A DNA stretch of 64,000 bases from Felis catus (Eukaryota). Each line of letters starts with the position of its first letter. Position 1 is the first letter of the stretch. Of this stretch, positions 26,692 to 38,359 are shown in pieces. The DNA lies in the NCBI RefSeq assembly GCF_018350175.1, contig NC_058368.1:223698001-223762000 (forward strand), written 5' to 3'. Under the pieces are notes generated by a model. The model saw nothing but the letters and a program-made list of their open reading frames with translations, searched no databases and had not been told where the DNA came from. Made by a program: the position numbers and the translations under genes.

Positions 26692-26876
26692 GATATGTAG
26701 ATATAGATATAGATATAGATATAGATATAGATATAGATAATATAGATAGATATAGATAGAGGTGATATTGATATAGATAGATATAGATATGGATATAGAT
26801 AGATATATAGATATAGATATAGATGTAGATATAGATATAGATATAGATATAGATGATATAGATAGATACAGATATG
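26692..26876. repeat. (GATATA)n hexamer microsatellite with variant units
   Basis: Directly visible; source of the ISISIS, YIYIY and DIDID pseudo-ORFs. Confidence 0.95.
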
Positions 26877-29379
26877 TTGCATGGCAAAATACCTGCATTC
26901 CTTGTGTCAAATGCATTGCCAAATTGCTTGGTCACCAGAGAAATTGGCAAGATTTGCCCAAGGCAATGTGGAGCAGACAAACTGCCCCTCCCCGTTTTAG
27001 TGCTAAGTCCTTCTCCACACCCCTCGTGGCTTCTCATTAAGGGGCTTTACATTCAGTACTTTTGTGATTTTTTTTCTCTCCCTCGTCCCTCTAACAGTTG
27101 CTCTAAGGGAACTGAAATGAAAGAGAAGAGATAATTCATTTTGAGCGCAGGCGTTTGCAGAAGAGTAGCATTCCATAGAACTCAGAGCCCGGAGGTGCAG
27201 GTTAAAACACAGATTTGAAGCCGAACATGATCCGAGGGAGTTAAATTGAATTTTTTTTTTTTAAATTGCCTTTCCCCAATTAAATGGAATGAAAGGTTCT
27301 TTTTTTTCTAAATTATAAGAAAATACCAGAATAGAGAATTTTGACACGAATTTCCTCTTCCTTGAGTCTTGCATTTAAAAAGGCAACAATCTCTTTATAA
27401 TATACGATGGCCCGTTTCCAGTGTCTTTTTAATTAGTAGTTTCTTTGGTTTACCAAGTGTAAAGTATCTTAATTATCCTCATAATGACCCCAGAACATGT
27501 TGCATTAATTTATTTTGGAACAAATAAATAAAGCAGAAAATAATAAATATGTGTTGGCTTTAAATCATGAGCTCTGAGCTGATTTCTCTACTGAGCCATA
27601 GACTTTGCACGTTTCCACTTGTGATTCCTTGTGGGTGTTTCAAATGTAACATTTCTAAAATGACTTCCACTGAACATCTTCCTTCACCTCTTTCCCTTTC
27701 TTTCCTTTACCTTTAAAGCTCATTCGGAGGTCAGTATCATCTAATTTTATTTTCTTGTTTTGTCAAAAGCTGTTATGAGTATTTCATAAAGGATCATCAG
27801 TTCCTTGCCAAGGCGGACAGTTACGTCTACTCAGGAGCATTAACACTCTTACAGAATGTGGGGAACAGACTGAATAGACCCTAACATTGGACACAAAAGA
27901 AGACAGGCGACTGAGGCAGACCCGACCAAGTGGCCCCAGGCAGGCCTTCCTCATTTCCTGTTTCTCATTCAGATGTTATTCCTGGACATCAAGTATCTTG
28001 AATGTTTTGAAATGTAAGAATTGATAAATATTCATCCTACTCAAATTTAGCATTGAATACTTCTGTTCAATGAGCATCTCAGATGTGTATAGTTTTTGAG
28101 GTTTAGAATTATTTCTTAAAGTTGACAAGTAGCCCTAATAATATGCATATCAACATGAGATCAGTTTTTGAGAAGTTACAGAGAAGAGACCACGCTGTCT
28201 CCGTCAGAGCATTTATGTACCTCAAAATGTTCCTTTAAAGGTCCCCTTGAAAGTTCATTCCGCGGAGGTGGTAGTTGCTTCCTTACTAAAATCTTGAATA
28301 CATCTTGATAAACAGAATCTGCAGAGGAGCCAAATGGGGAATCAAATCCTCCTAGAAAGTATTGCATTACAGTGAAGGACTTCTTACAGTACATCTGATC
28401 GCTATTTTGAAGATTGTCATTTCTTTCAGGCTTTGCGGTAAACCAAATTAACTCGAACTGATGCACCAAATGAGAAGCTGGGTGCATGTGCTTCTGCCTA
28501 ATAATGTCTTCAGCTCTGGATGAAAACGCCCACCTGGGCTAACTCATTTCCACCTCTGCCTCCTCCGGTAAGTTAATTACGTGATGAGGGTAAAACCTTG
28601 TAAGCGATCTAGAATGTTTATGTCAGTAAACACCGCATTTTATACATTCCCTAAAGTCTTCTAATTTCCTGTCATTTACGCACTAATGTCAATCTCGCGA
28701 CTCAGTCTTGCAGTTAGTGAGATTTTTTTAAAACTTTATAGAACTACTCTTTGATGCATTAGATAAAATTTGCAACTTTGCTTTCTGATTTAAAACTTAT
28801 TTTTTAAATTGTAAAATTGAGACATTCTTTTCACAAAATTGGCAAAGTCAGAATCTTAATGAGGAGAAAATGTAAAAGTCTTCCCATTGATTGAAGAACC
28901 TCCTCTTTTTGCTGTCTGTCCAGTCGTGAACTTTTCCCGTGAATTTGTCTTTAATACTGCCTACCCCTTCTCTCCCTAGCTCCTGCCTTCTTTCACTTTC
29001 TCTCCTTGCTCCCCTCTCCCTCTCTCTCTCCCTCTCTGTCTCTCTCCTCTTGCCTCTCTTTTATTTTCCCTCATTTTATATATCTTTCTCTCATAATGTT
29101 TCTTTTTTGTACATTTTTAAAATTTTCTCGGAGTCAGTTGTTGGTGCTTTCTCTTTGAGTCTACACACACATACGCACACACACACAATTATCTCTTGGA
29201 ATGAAGAACTGTAGTTGCCTTTGTAAGAATCCCAACATTTCTTATTTGGGTTATATCTAGATTTTTTTTTTCAATTGCTGCTCTTAAGGGGATATTTCCA
29301 CCCAACATGTCTTGTGTGTTTTATGATATATATGAAAACGAATGTTTCTTGTATGGTAAGTGTTCATCCTTCTTACTTC

Positions 29380-29594
29380 TAAAAGTTTTTTTGAGATTGA
29401 TTTACTTTTGAGAGAGAGCAGCAGAGTGCAAACCAGGGGGGGACAGAGAGCAAGGGAGAGACATAATCCCCAAGAAGGCTCTAGGCTCTGAGCTGTCAGC
29501 ACAGATCCCAACTCAGGGCTTGAGCCCATGAACCTTGAGATGGTGACCTGAGCCAAAGTCAGACACTTAACCTACTGAGCCACCCAGGCTCCCC
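29380..29594 (-). mobile_element. Can-SINE
   Basis: Antisense SINE; TSD atccttcttacttc / atccttcttccttc. Confidence 0.95.
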
Positions 29595-30228
29595 ATCCTT
29601 CTTCCTTCGATGTACTGCTCCTTATACTGCATGAACTTAAAAGACAACTAAGAGTGTTGATAGTAATTAAGTTTATTCTCAGTTTCAAAGGTAATGATGC
29701 TGGCAAGGTCACCATGCTGAGGAATCTTTGTTGTTGAATTTGGGGCAATTGTGAGAAGTTAAGGAAGTAGCTTCTATTAATAATCTATTACTAATCTATT
29801 GATTTGTTCACTTTATTGTTTACCAGACATGGATTTTGGATTTTATTCAATAAGTTTCAGCATGAATAAGTATTTTGGGGAATTTTTATAAGCTGTATGA
29901 TAAACATGTTCTCTTCATTCCAGTAAACATGCCATTTAAATATGGGTTATAATTCTTTTAGAAAGTTCTTTCAAACTGATTACTATTTTATATAGGATTT
30001 CAAATATATATTCCAAAGTTTTATTTTATCTTTTTTTTTTTTTTTGCTTAATTGCTATTTTTTAAAATCAGGATTTGCTGATATGTAAAACATTTTGAAA
30101 TTTTTTGAAAATATTCTAAACTATGATTTTAAAGTATTAGAAGATTATTCAGTAAAATACCATTTTGAGTTGGCACTCCTGTAAATCTTTAAGCCACTCT
30201 GAGATTCTCTGTCTAGATTAGGCAAATT

Positions 30229-30230
<2 letters not shown>

Positions 30231-30268
<38 letters not shown>
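30231..30268. repeat. (CA)n microsatellite
   Basis: Directly visible. Confidence 0.95.
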
Positions 30269-30273
<5 letters not shown>

Positions 30274-30629
30274 TACATTTAAGGTATAACATATTTCAAA
30301 TAGGTATTGAATGTGTTGTGTTGACGGATATGTTTACTATTATTTTATATTTTAATTTTGCTGTTACCCATGTTTATTTTCTCCTTCCCTCCTTTAGAGT
30401 CATCCAATTTCCTTTGGTTCCACTTTCCTTTTCAGAATTAAACATTCTATTTATCTTCCCAAAACTGCAATTCATTAAATGAAATTTCATTAAAATATGT
30501 CTGGATATGAATATATTTCCCATCCTACCCAAGATTCAGTTCTGTATTAAAATCTGGGAAGTTATCCAGCATTTATGTCTTTGAATATTCCCTCTTGTCC
30601 ATTCTGTGTGTTCTCTTTCCATATAAATA

Positions 30630-30834
30630 AGAGAGTTCTCAAGATGAAAGCCAGTCTCTTTTTGTTGTTTTTTTTTTGACCTGATTTTAGAAATGTTAAC
30701 CCATCATTTCCATGGTGTTCTATTATTTAAAAGTTAGTCAAATAATCCCTGCTCATACTCAAGGGGTGAATATTATACAAAGACATGGATCCAGGCTACA
30801 GAGACCATTGGGGGTCATTGTAGAGACTTTCACA
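30630..30834 (-). mobile_element. MLT1 (F/G/H-like) LTR end
   Basis: 'cccatcatttccatggtgttctatt...cctgctcatactcaagggg...cattgggggtcattgtagag'. Confidence 0.65.
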
Positions 30835-31630
30835 ATTTCTAAAGTATTTAATGATATGAATTTATCTCTGAAATAAATGACCTATTCACATGTTTTCAAA
30901 TGTAATACAGTAAGTTATTTAAGCTTTACCTGATCAAAATTTGTAATGATGTTATCATAAAAGAAAAAAATATACATTTTAAGTAATTTTGTTAGATTAC
31001 AACGTTTTATAGGTGGCAAGTAAACACTATAGCATAAACCATTCCTATTGTGTGTTTGTCTTTTAACAAATCTGATCTCTCAAAGGCTGCGGGAATTCTA
31101 TTACTCTTGGCAAATATCAGATATTCGCCAAGGAATACTTGTGTTACTGAAAGTATTTGATTCACTTAATATGATTTAAAGCATTTCACTTGTGGGACAG
31201 TAATTTATTTAGATTTTGGTATTTTTAGCAACTCACCAGCTACACCCCCTCCTGCCCTTATTCTCAGAAAAAAAAAAGTGAAAGGACAAAGCAGAATTTG
31301 CTTGACAGTAACTTCTAGTTTTGATTGAAAGACCACAGACTAAAATTGTTGAGGGAAGGAATTTAGATGAGTTTACCCAGTGCTGTACTTCCAGCATAAA
31401 GAATATACTTGATAAGATTTGTTGGAATATTAAGTCAAATGCAATATATGATGAAACAAATGGAAAAGGTGTAGCCAACTCATAAAAACAAGGAGAAAGA
31501 GTGACAGGACCATAGACCACGTGAATCCATCTTGGGTCTAGAGTGTGGACCTTGAGACTCTGAACAATGATCACATCAGTGACAATGTTGTTTGTTACAG
31601 TTAAAATCGATGTCAGACTTCCAACATTTT

Positions 31631-31851
31631 TTAAAAAAAATTAATGTTTTATTTTTGAGAGAGAGAGAGACAGAGTGAGAGCAGGGAAGGGACAGAATGT
31701 GAAGCAGGCTCCAGGCTCTGAGATGTCAGCACAGAGCAAGATGTGGGGTTCAAACTCACAAGATAATTATTAAAGATAATATCTCACTCCGATGAGATAA
31801 TAACCTGAGACAAAGTCAGATGCTTAATCGACTGAGCCACCCAGGCACCCC
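31631..31851 (-). mobile_element. Can-SINE with an internal rearrangement
   Basis: Antisense SINE; TSD gacttccaacatttt / gacttctaacatttt. Confidence 0.93.
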
Positions 31852-32317
31852 TGACTTCTAACATTTTAAATAAAATTGGGATAAAAATAAAACCCTTATA
31901 ATGACTGAGATTAACTTTTCGATAAGACTGCTAGGCTACAGGCATCCGCTAATGTTAAGTTTGGTAATTTGTATATTTTACTATTATTTTTTACCATAAC
32001 CCTTTAGCACTTTCAGTTTTCCAGCCCAAGCATCACATAGGTCACATACATGGAATTTTATCTAAAATTGCTATAATTGCAAAGAATTACAGGCAGATTA
32101 CCCAACTGGTCATATAATATTGCTGTACTTGGAGACAAGATCATTACCCTCAATGACTTTTAACAAAAGTACCATTGTGAATAAATGTCTAGAATACTAA
32201 ATATGTCCCTTTCAATGTGTTTTAGCCTATCTTTTCCATATTCTTAATTGTGGATGTAATAAATATAAAACTAAGAAGGATATCATATAAGATTCTCCTA
32301 ATATGTCTGAGTATTTT

Positions 32318-32367
32318 TTTATTTATGCATGTTTAATTTTTTTTAAGTTTACTTTTTAGAGAGAGAG

Positions 32368-32412
<45 letters not shown>

Positions 32413-32576
32413 AGGGGAGGGGCAGAGACAGAGAGAGGGAGACACAGAATCCGAAGCAGGCTCCAGACTCCAAGCTGCCAGCACAGAGCCCAGTGCGGGG
32501 CTAGAAACCATGAATCTTGAGATCATGACCTGAGCTGAAGTCAGAAACTTAATAAACTGAGCCACCCAGGTGCCCC
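32318..32576 (-). mobile_element. Can-SINE
   Basis: Antisense SINE with a long (GA)n; TSD taatatgtctgagtatttt / taatatatctgaatatttt. Confidence 0.95.
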
Positions 32577-32640
32577 ATAATATATCTGAATATTTTAGAT
32601 TAAGAGAGGGTTGTAAGACTGTAAATTTTGGGTGAATGGC

Positions 32641-32992
32641 TAGTTTTCTATTATTGCTCTAACAAGTTACCACAAATTTAGTGGTATCTCACAGTTCTGT
32701 GGGTTAGAAATCTCGCTGGGCTAAAATCCAGTGTCAACAGGCCTTTGTTCCTTCTCAGAAGTTCTAGGGAAGAAGCCTTTCTCTTACTGGTTCCAGCTGT
32801 TAGAGACGGTCTTTTTCCAGCCTGTGGCCTTCCTCCATCTTTAGTCAACGAGGGAGGGTAGAGACCTTCTCACATGGTGTCACTGTGACTTCTGCCTCTG
32901 TCTTCACATCTTTTCTGCCTCCCTCTCCACTACTAAGGACCATTGTGGCTACATTGGGCCCATCTGAATAATCCATGATAGTCTCCCTATTT
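32641..32992 (-). mobile_element. MLT1D LTR, left part (interrupted)
   Basis: 'tagttttctattattgctctaacaagttaccacaaatttagtgg...ctacattgggcccatctgaataatccatgatagtctccctattt'; flanked by ATGGC at 32636-32640. Confidence 0.85.
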
Positions 32993-34520
32993 AATTTTTT
33001 AATCAAAAATAAAGTTAATTAGGGCAATGTGACATAATGGCACAAAGCACTAAACCATTTCACGGGGTGTCCTTTTCAAAAGTGAGCACCAACATATAGT
33101 TCATGTAGCTTCTCCACTGATCCTTGTCACCTCTAGCTACTTAATTTAATCCTAAAGATTGAGTAAAATATTCTTTCTGCAACAGGCTGAGCACTCACCT
33201 TAGTTTATTGCAGATGCTAAATGTACCTCCCTCTTCTGGCAGAAGGGACGTTGCATCTGAAAACCTACAAAATCTGACAGTCAAGACCCCGAAAATATTA
33301 GTCTCGCATCTGACCCCTGGCCATAGCACCATATATACTGGCCAGATGAAACAAACCAACCCCATATCTGCCTGGCAGCACATTCCTGGCAAGGCTCTGC
33401 ACTCAAGACAAACCCCTTCATCACCAGGGGAGGAGTCTTCCAAATGGTGGGCTAAACAAAATCGAAAGTGAACTCTTCATCAGCAGTGTCCAGGGTGGCT
33501 TTGGCTCCCTGTGGTAGCCAAGGCCTACAGATCCCATTCTCTTCTCTTTGGTGTCCTCACCTACAAGTTGCACCTGGGCTGAGTTGCCCGCTGTGGGGCA
33601 GAAGAGTGACGGGGTCAGAAGTAAGCAAGAACAGCTAACATTAACTGTGCCTACACCACTCTAACCCCTTTATATAAATTATCCAATTCACAGCTCAATA
33701 AGGTGAGTATTGTCATTACCCCTCATTTAGAGTCACAGACAGAGATTCATTAATTTCCCAAAGATGTTAAGGCTACCGAATGATAGGTAGATCCAGGAGT
33801 TGAATCCAGGTCATTTGGACCCGGGAGTTGCATCCAAACATCTATGGGATCAAAGCCAGCTTCCTGGCCTGCAGAGAAAGCCAAAGTGCAGACTGGGTGA
33901 GGCAATTTTCTCCGACCCAGAAGCAGAGCCAGGACATCTAGTCCAGGCCCATGTTCCACATGTTCCAGAGAGGCCCAGGCTTTCTCTCCCCCTGTTTGAG
34001 GTCTTCCTTGAGCCAATCTCCTGCCCTTGCCAGCCCTGTTGCTCTGGGCTGCTGCCTTTCACTCTGGGGCTCTTGTTCCCTAGCCCTTTAGATCAACCAG
34101 TTCCCAGCTGCTCACCATCCTTGAGAGCCATCTGAACTCTGTAGTCCCCAAAGAGCACATCAGCTATCTCTCCTGGGACAAGGGGTTCTTTCAGTGTGCA
34201 GGGTTCAGATAAAATATGAGCAACCTATCTTCAGCTCCTATCATCCTACCACAAAGCCAATACTTTCATCCCCAGCAGCACGTACAGGCCGTATCATAGT
34301 CACCATTCACCTCCTCCCCAAAACCCTACAGAAGGGCACCTCACTCCCTGTGAGGCTGTTTTTCTGCATCTTGGGTATCACTTCCAGTTTCTGTACTCAC
34401 CAGGCCAGTTCTGGGACCAGCTGCTCTGACTCTGTTGAATCTGAGAAAATGGCAGAGAGAGGGATGCTGTACTCCTATACCACCCTGTTCTTTCCTTGCC
34501 TCCACAAATCCAAGACCATC
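32993..34520 (-). pseudogene. 5'-truncated retrocopy or orphan transduction of an intron-retaining transcript of an unidentified protein-coding gene
   Basis: 14-bp TSD tag(t/c)ctccctattt (32979-32992, 34521-34534); T-tract at 32990-33000; TTTT/AA L1 endonuclease site; 40-nt exon 34440-34401; GT-AG intron 34400-33591; terminal exon from 33590 with stop at 33454-33452. Confidence 0.8.
33630..33838 (-). mobile_element. MIR carried inside the retained intron of the insertion
   Basis: 'aacagctaacatt...aaggtgagtattgtcattacccctcatttagag...ccaggagttgaatccaggtcatttggac'. Confidence 0.8.
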
Positions 34521-34651
34521 TAGCCTCCCTATTTTAAAGTCAGATGATCAACCATCTTACTTCCCATTTGTCACGTAACTTGACATATTCACTGGTGCCG
34601 TGTATTAGGACATGGGCATTTTGAGGGGAGGGGCATTATCTGTCTATTGTA
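34521..34651 (-). mobile_element. MLT1D LTR, right part
   Basis: Resumes the consensus exactly: 'ctccctattttaaagtcagatgatc...acatattcac...attaggacatgggcattttgagggg'; ATGGC at 34652-34656 completes a 5-bp TSD. Confidence 0.85.
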
Positions 34652-34676
34652 ATGGCTTTAAGATAAGTTTAGTTTG

Positions 34677-34897
34677 GGGGCGCCTGGGTGGCGCAGTCGG
34701 TTAAGCATCCAACTTCAGCCAGGTCATGATCTCGCGGTCCGGGAGTTCGAGCCCTGCGTGGGGCTCTGGGCTGATGGCTCGGAGCCTGGAGCCTGTTTCC
34801 GATTCTGTGTCTCCCTCTCTCTCTGCCCCTCCCCGTTCATGCTCTGTCTCTCTCTGTCCCAAAAATAAGTAAAACGTTGAAAAAAAATTAAAAAAAA
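34677..34897 (+). mobile_element. Can-SINE, young Felis-type (SINEC_Fc)
   Basis: Head GTGGCGCAGTCGG...CAGCCAGGTC; TSD aagataa(g/c)tttagtttg. Confidence 0.97.
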
Positions 34898-34971
34898 AAG
34901 ATAACTTTAGTTTGGAAGGCATTAGTCAAATACCCCATTTAATGGAAATATGCATTTATCAACTCTATATT

Positions 34972-35192
34972 TAAATGTTTATTTATTTTTGAGGGAGACG
35001 GACAGAGAGAGACAGTGGGCACAAGCAGGGGAGGGACAGAGAGAGAGGCAGAGAGAGAAAGAGGGAATCCCAGTGCCTCTGCACTGTCAGTGCAGAGCCT
35101 GATGTGGTGCTTGATCCCATGAGCTGTGAGATCATGACCTGAGCTGAAATCCAGAGTGAGACACTTAACCAACTGAGCCATCCAGGCACCCC
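34972..35192 (-). mobile_element. Can-SINE (older subfamily)
   Basis: Antisense SINE; TSD caactctatattta / caacactgtattta. Confidence 0.93.
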
Positions 35193-35837
35193 CCAACACT
35201 GTATTTATATTATTTAAAATACAGATGTTATAATAATGATGTGACTTGTGAAAAAACATGAAGTAGTCTTTTAAAAGTGCCCAAAGAAAGGTAGAACTAA
35301 GAAAGTGTTACAAAGACTTTCTTAGACTATTATAAAAAAAGAACAATGCATTTGAAATTTGAATATGTGTGCATATTTGTGGGTATGTGGGAGAGACAGC
35401 ATATAGGGAAAGAAGAGGAGAAAATTAGAACAAAGAAGAAAGAGGATACAATATTTGACAAAAAGAGTTTTTCACGACATAATTTTCTGTTTAAGATAAT
35501 ATTTGTTCCTTTGAAATTTCTCTGAGATTTCTTTGGGAAAGATTTGTTTAGACGTGCAATCATTTACACTGTTCTTTAACGGCCGATTTCTTTTTACTTA
35601 AAAGCCACCTTTGCAAATTCCTAACTAAAGATAATGGTTGTGCTGAAATTATATAGCTCCCTTCTTTTGTGTTGCATTTTCTCTTTCCTGTCTGTGACAC
35701 CATCATGCCATCATACTATAACCAATAATTTTCCTTTCCAAAAGTGTTTTCTTTCAAAAAAAATCAACAGGAATTCTTTCATATTTTTCCTATTCAAATG
35801 GGTTTACTCTATTCTCTTTCCATTACAAGGGCTTACA

Positions 35838-35839
<2 letters not shown>

Positions 35840-35876
<37 letters not shown>
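35840..35876. repeat. (TG)n microsatellite
   Basis: Directly visible. Confidence 0.95.
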
Positions 35877-35879
<3 letters not shown>

Positions 35880-36399
35880 AATATAAAGCACTACCACTGC
35901 ACTTATAACACTTTTTTTATAGGGCCCCAATTTAAAATAAATGCAATACTCCATTGCGCAGATAATAACATTATTTCCTACAGGTAACTTATGGTTCAAA
36001 CCTCTTTTAAGAAAATCAGGATGCTGACCTAACTTGCAAGAAATTCCATCCATATTTTTCATAATACCTTGACTTTTACTCCTTCAACATTCATTCCTTT
36101 CCTTGGTTTCAGAAAGTAGGTCTATTATTCATAGACTTTTTGAGCTATAACTAGTGGCAATACTTCTTTGAACTTAACCTGACAAGACAGGTTTAATCAT
36201 CTCTTGCCCTTCATGTATACATACTCCCTACTTATCATGCTAAGGGAGCTGGATATGTCCTAAAATTCCTACATTGTTAATAAAGTCCCAGGGACACAAT
36301 CAATCAATGTCACTTTGACTCAACTTCCTAATACACAGTCTATGAACACAAATTTACTATTTTCGCCCCAAGTTTCTACTGTAAGACCTTCTAGCGTTC

Positions 36400-36643
36400 A
36401 TCCAAGTTAGCTCTGATTCATTGTGTTGCCTCTTGTATTTCATACAATACTTACCACACACTTAAAATTATTGTTATTAGTATCTTCTATACCACTTAAA
36501 ATTATTTTTATTGGTATCTTCCCTCCTCCTGAGACTGTGGACTCTTAAAAGACTGTGTCATTTGTTCAACTCTGTCTTCTAGGTTTTTAGTCTAGTGGCT
36601 GGAATAGAGACAAGCTCAAAACATTTTGAAGGTTGAATGAATG
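36400..36643 (+). mobile_element. L2 3' end relic
   Basis: 'gagactgtggactctt...gactgtgtcatttgttca...ttgaatgaatg'. Confidence 0.7.
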
Positions 36644-36859
36644 CAGGATGATTCCTGTTTCCCTTTCCATGCTTAACCAGGTTTGGAACAGGCACTATGA
36701 GAGTAGAGCTGAATAATCCTTTTCAATGATTCATTATTATGTATTTTCTAGACTCTGTTAACCAGTATTTTCCAAAAATATAGGGTAACTGTATGTATAA
36801 GCTCTAGTCCTATAAATCCAACTTAATTTTATGCCACAAGAAGGTAACAAAGCTTTGGA

Positions 36860-37030
36860 AATAACGTGAGAGTTTTGGACTCTGTGACACCTGACTTAGA
36901 ATCCTAGCTCAGCCCCCTCTAGTTATATGATGCGGAACATTGCACTTAACCTCTAGTAGCTCAATATCAGTATTGGATGTATAAAAGAACTGAATTTTGT
37001 TTGGATGCAAGATAATGTACCCGATGTGTT
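36860..37030 (+). mobile_element. MIR relic
   Basis: 'ttttggactctgtgacacctgacttagaatcctagctcagcc...cacttaacctct'. Confidence 0.7.
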
Positions 37031-38146
37031 GAATCTCTTTTCAATAAAAATATTTATTCTAGCATTTCATTTTTTGCATATCTTTTTCTTGATTCATATC
37101 TCTGTGTGTTGCTTAACTTACTGTTCATATTTTTGGATGCCGTTTTTTATATTTCTATATATACTTTACAATAAACTTGCTTAAGTCTTGTTCAACATAC
37201 CTTAGACTTCTTGTTCAACCAAAGGATTTGTCTTATTTGTTGATTTTAGGGGATATTTCTTTTCCTCTTTTGTTTTAAAAAACGTCATATAGAATCATTT
37301 TTGAATGGGCAGTTTGCTTTTATTTATTTTCTTTCCTTCCTTTTCTATCTTATAGTTGCCTCCAACAAATCTCATTTTGAACCATATTTTATGTTGGGAG
37401 ATCTTGCCCACCATTCCCAAGTGATATCCAAACCCAGCCCCCCAGCACACTACTGCTTGGCTAGGTTCCCGAGGGCTCACCTCCAGCCACCCCAAGGAAG
37501 CATGCAGCCTTGCTCTTATCAGCTGCGGCTATGGGAGGGATCTCAGCCTTGGTCAGCCCCTTCTCAGTGAATGGAGTATCACTCAGGGCCTGCTTTAATG
37601 TGTAAGTGTCCTGTTACTCCATTGCTGCCCACATCTAGCGACAGAATCTGAATCCCTGGCCACATGGATAGATTAATTTCTGTATTCAAAAGCCGAAAGG
37701 ATATGCCCAAAGGCACTGCTCATCTCTCAATAATTTCATTGTATTTACTTTCTGTAGAGATGTTCAATTTTTAAATGCACTTCTACCTATGCTTCTGTGT
37801 CTGTAGTGGTGGTGGTGATGCTATTATTCGTGGTAGGACACAACACAATGATCTGAACAAAGAAGTCAATTAATGTTATTTATGGAGATTCTCTTTTCCA
37901 ACCAGGTGTCCCACAGAAATGTCAAACTCACATTGGCACAAATATGAAAGCAGCACATTCCCCCTAATTATACAATTCTTAGTGCAACCCGTGTATTGCC
38001 TCCTAGTCTTATCATCCTGAGTTATACATCCTGGAAACTTGAACTTTCCCCGAACTGCTCCTTTTCCTTTTGCAATCTAGCAAAACAGTGACTAAATACA
38101 GAAGATTATAAATCTTTTAACTTGTTCTATACCAAAACATTTCTTT

Positions 38147-38359
38147 TTAAAAATTTTTTTAATGTTTATTTATTTTTGACACAGAAAGATAGCATGAAGG
38201 GGGGAGGGTCAGAGAGAGAGGGAGACACAGAATCTGAAGCAGGCTCCAGGCTCCGTGCCGTCAGCACAGAGCTGGACGCGGGGCTCAAACTCACGGACTG
38301 TGAGATCATGACCTGAGCCGAAGTCAGACTCTCAACCGACTGAGCCACCCAGGCGCCCC
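38147..38359 (-). mobile_element. Can-SINE
   Basis: Antisense SINE; TSD accaaaa(c/t)atttcttt. Confidence 0.96.

Noticed and set aside
26580..27040. ORFs with ISISIS, YIYIY or DIDID repeats
   Set aside because: They are translations of the (GATATA)n microsatellite.
33750..34523. ORFs 33750-34016, 33800-34135, 33850-34062 and 34194-34523
   Set aside because: They lie in the retained intron or antisense to the exons of the insertion, and are best explained as chance ORFs in GC-richer DNA.
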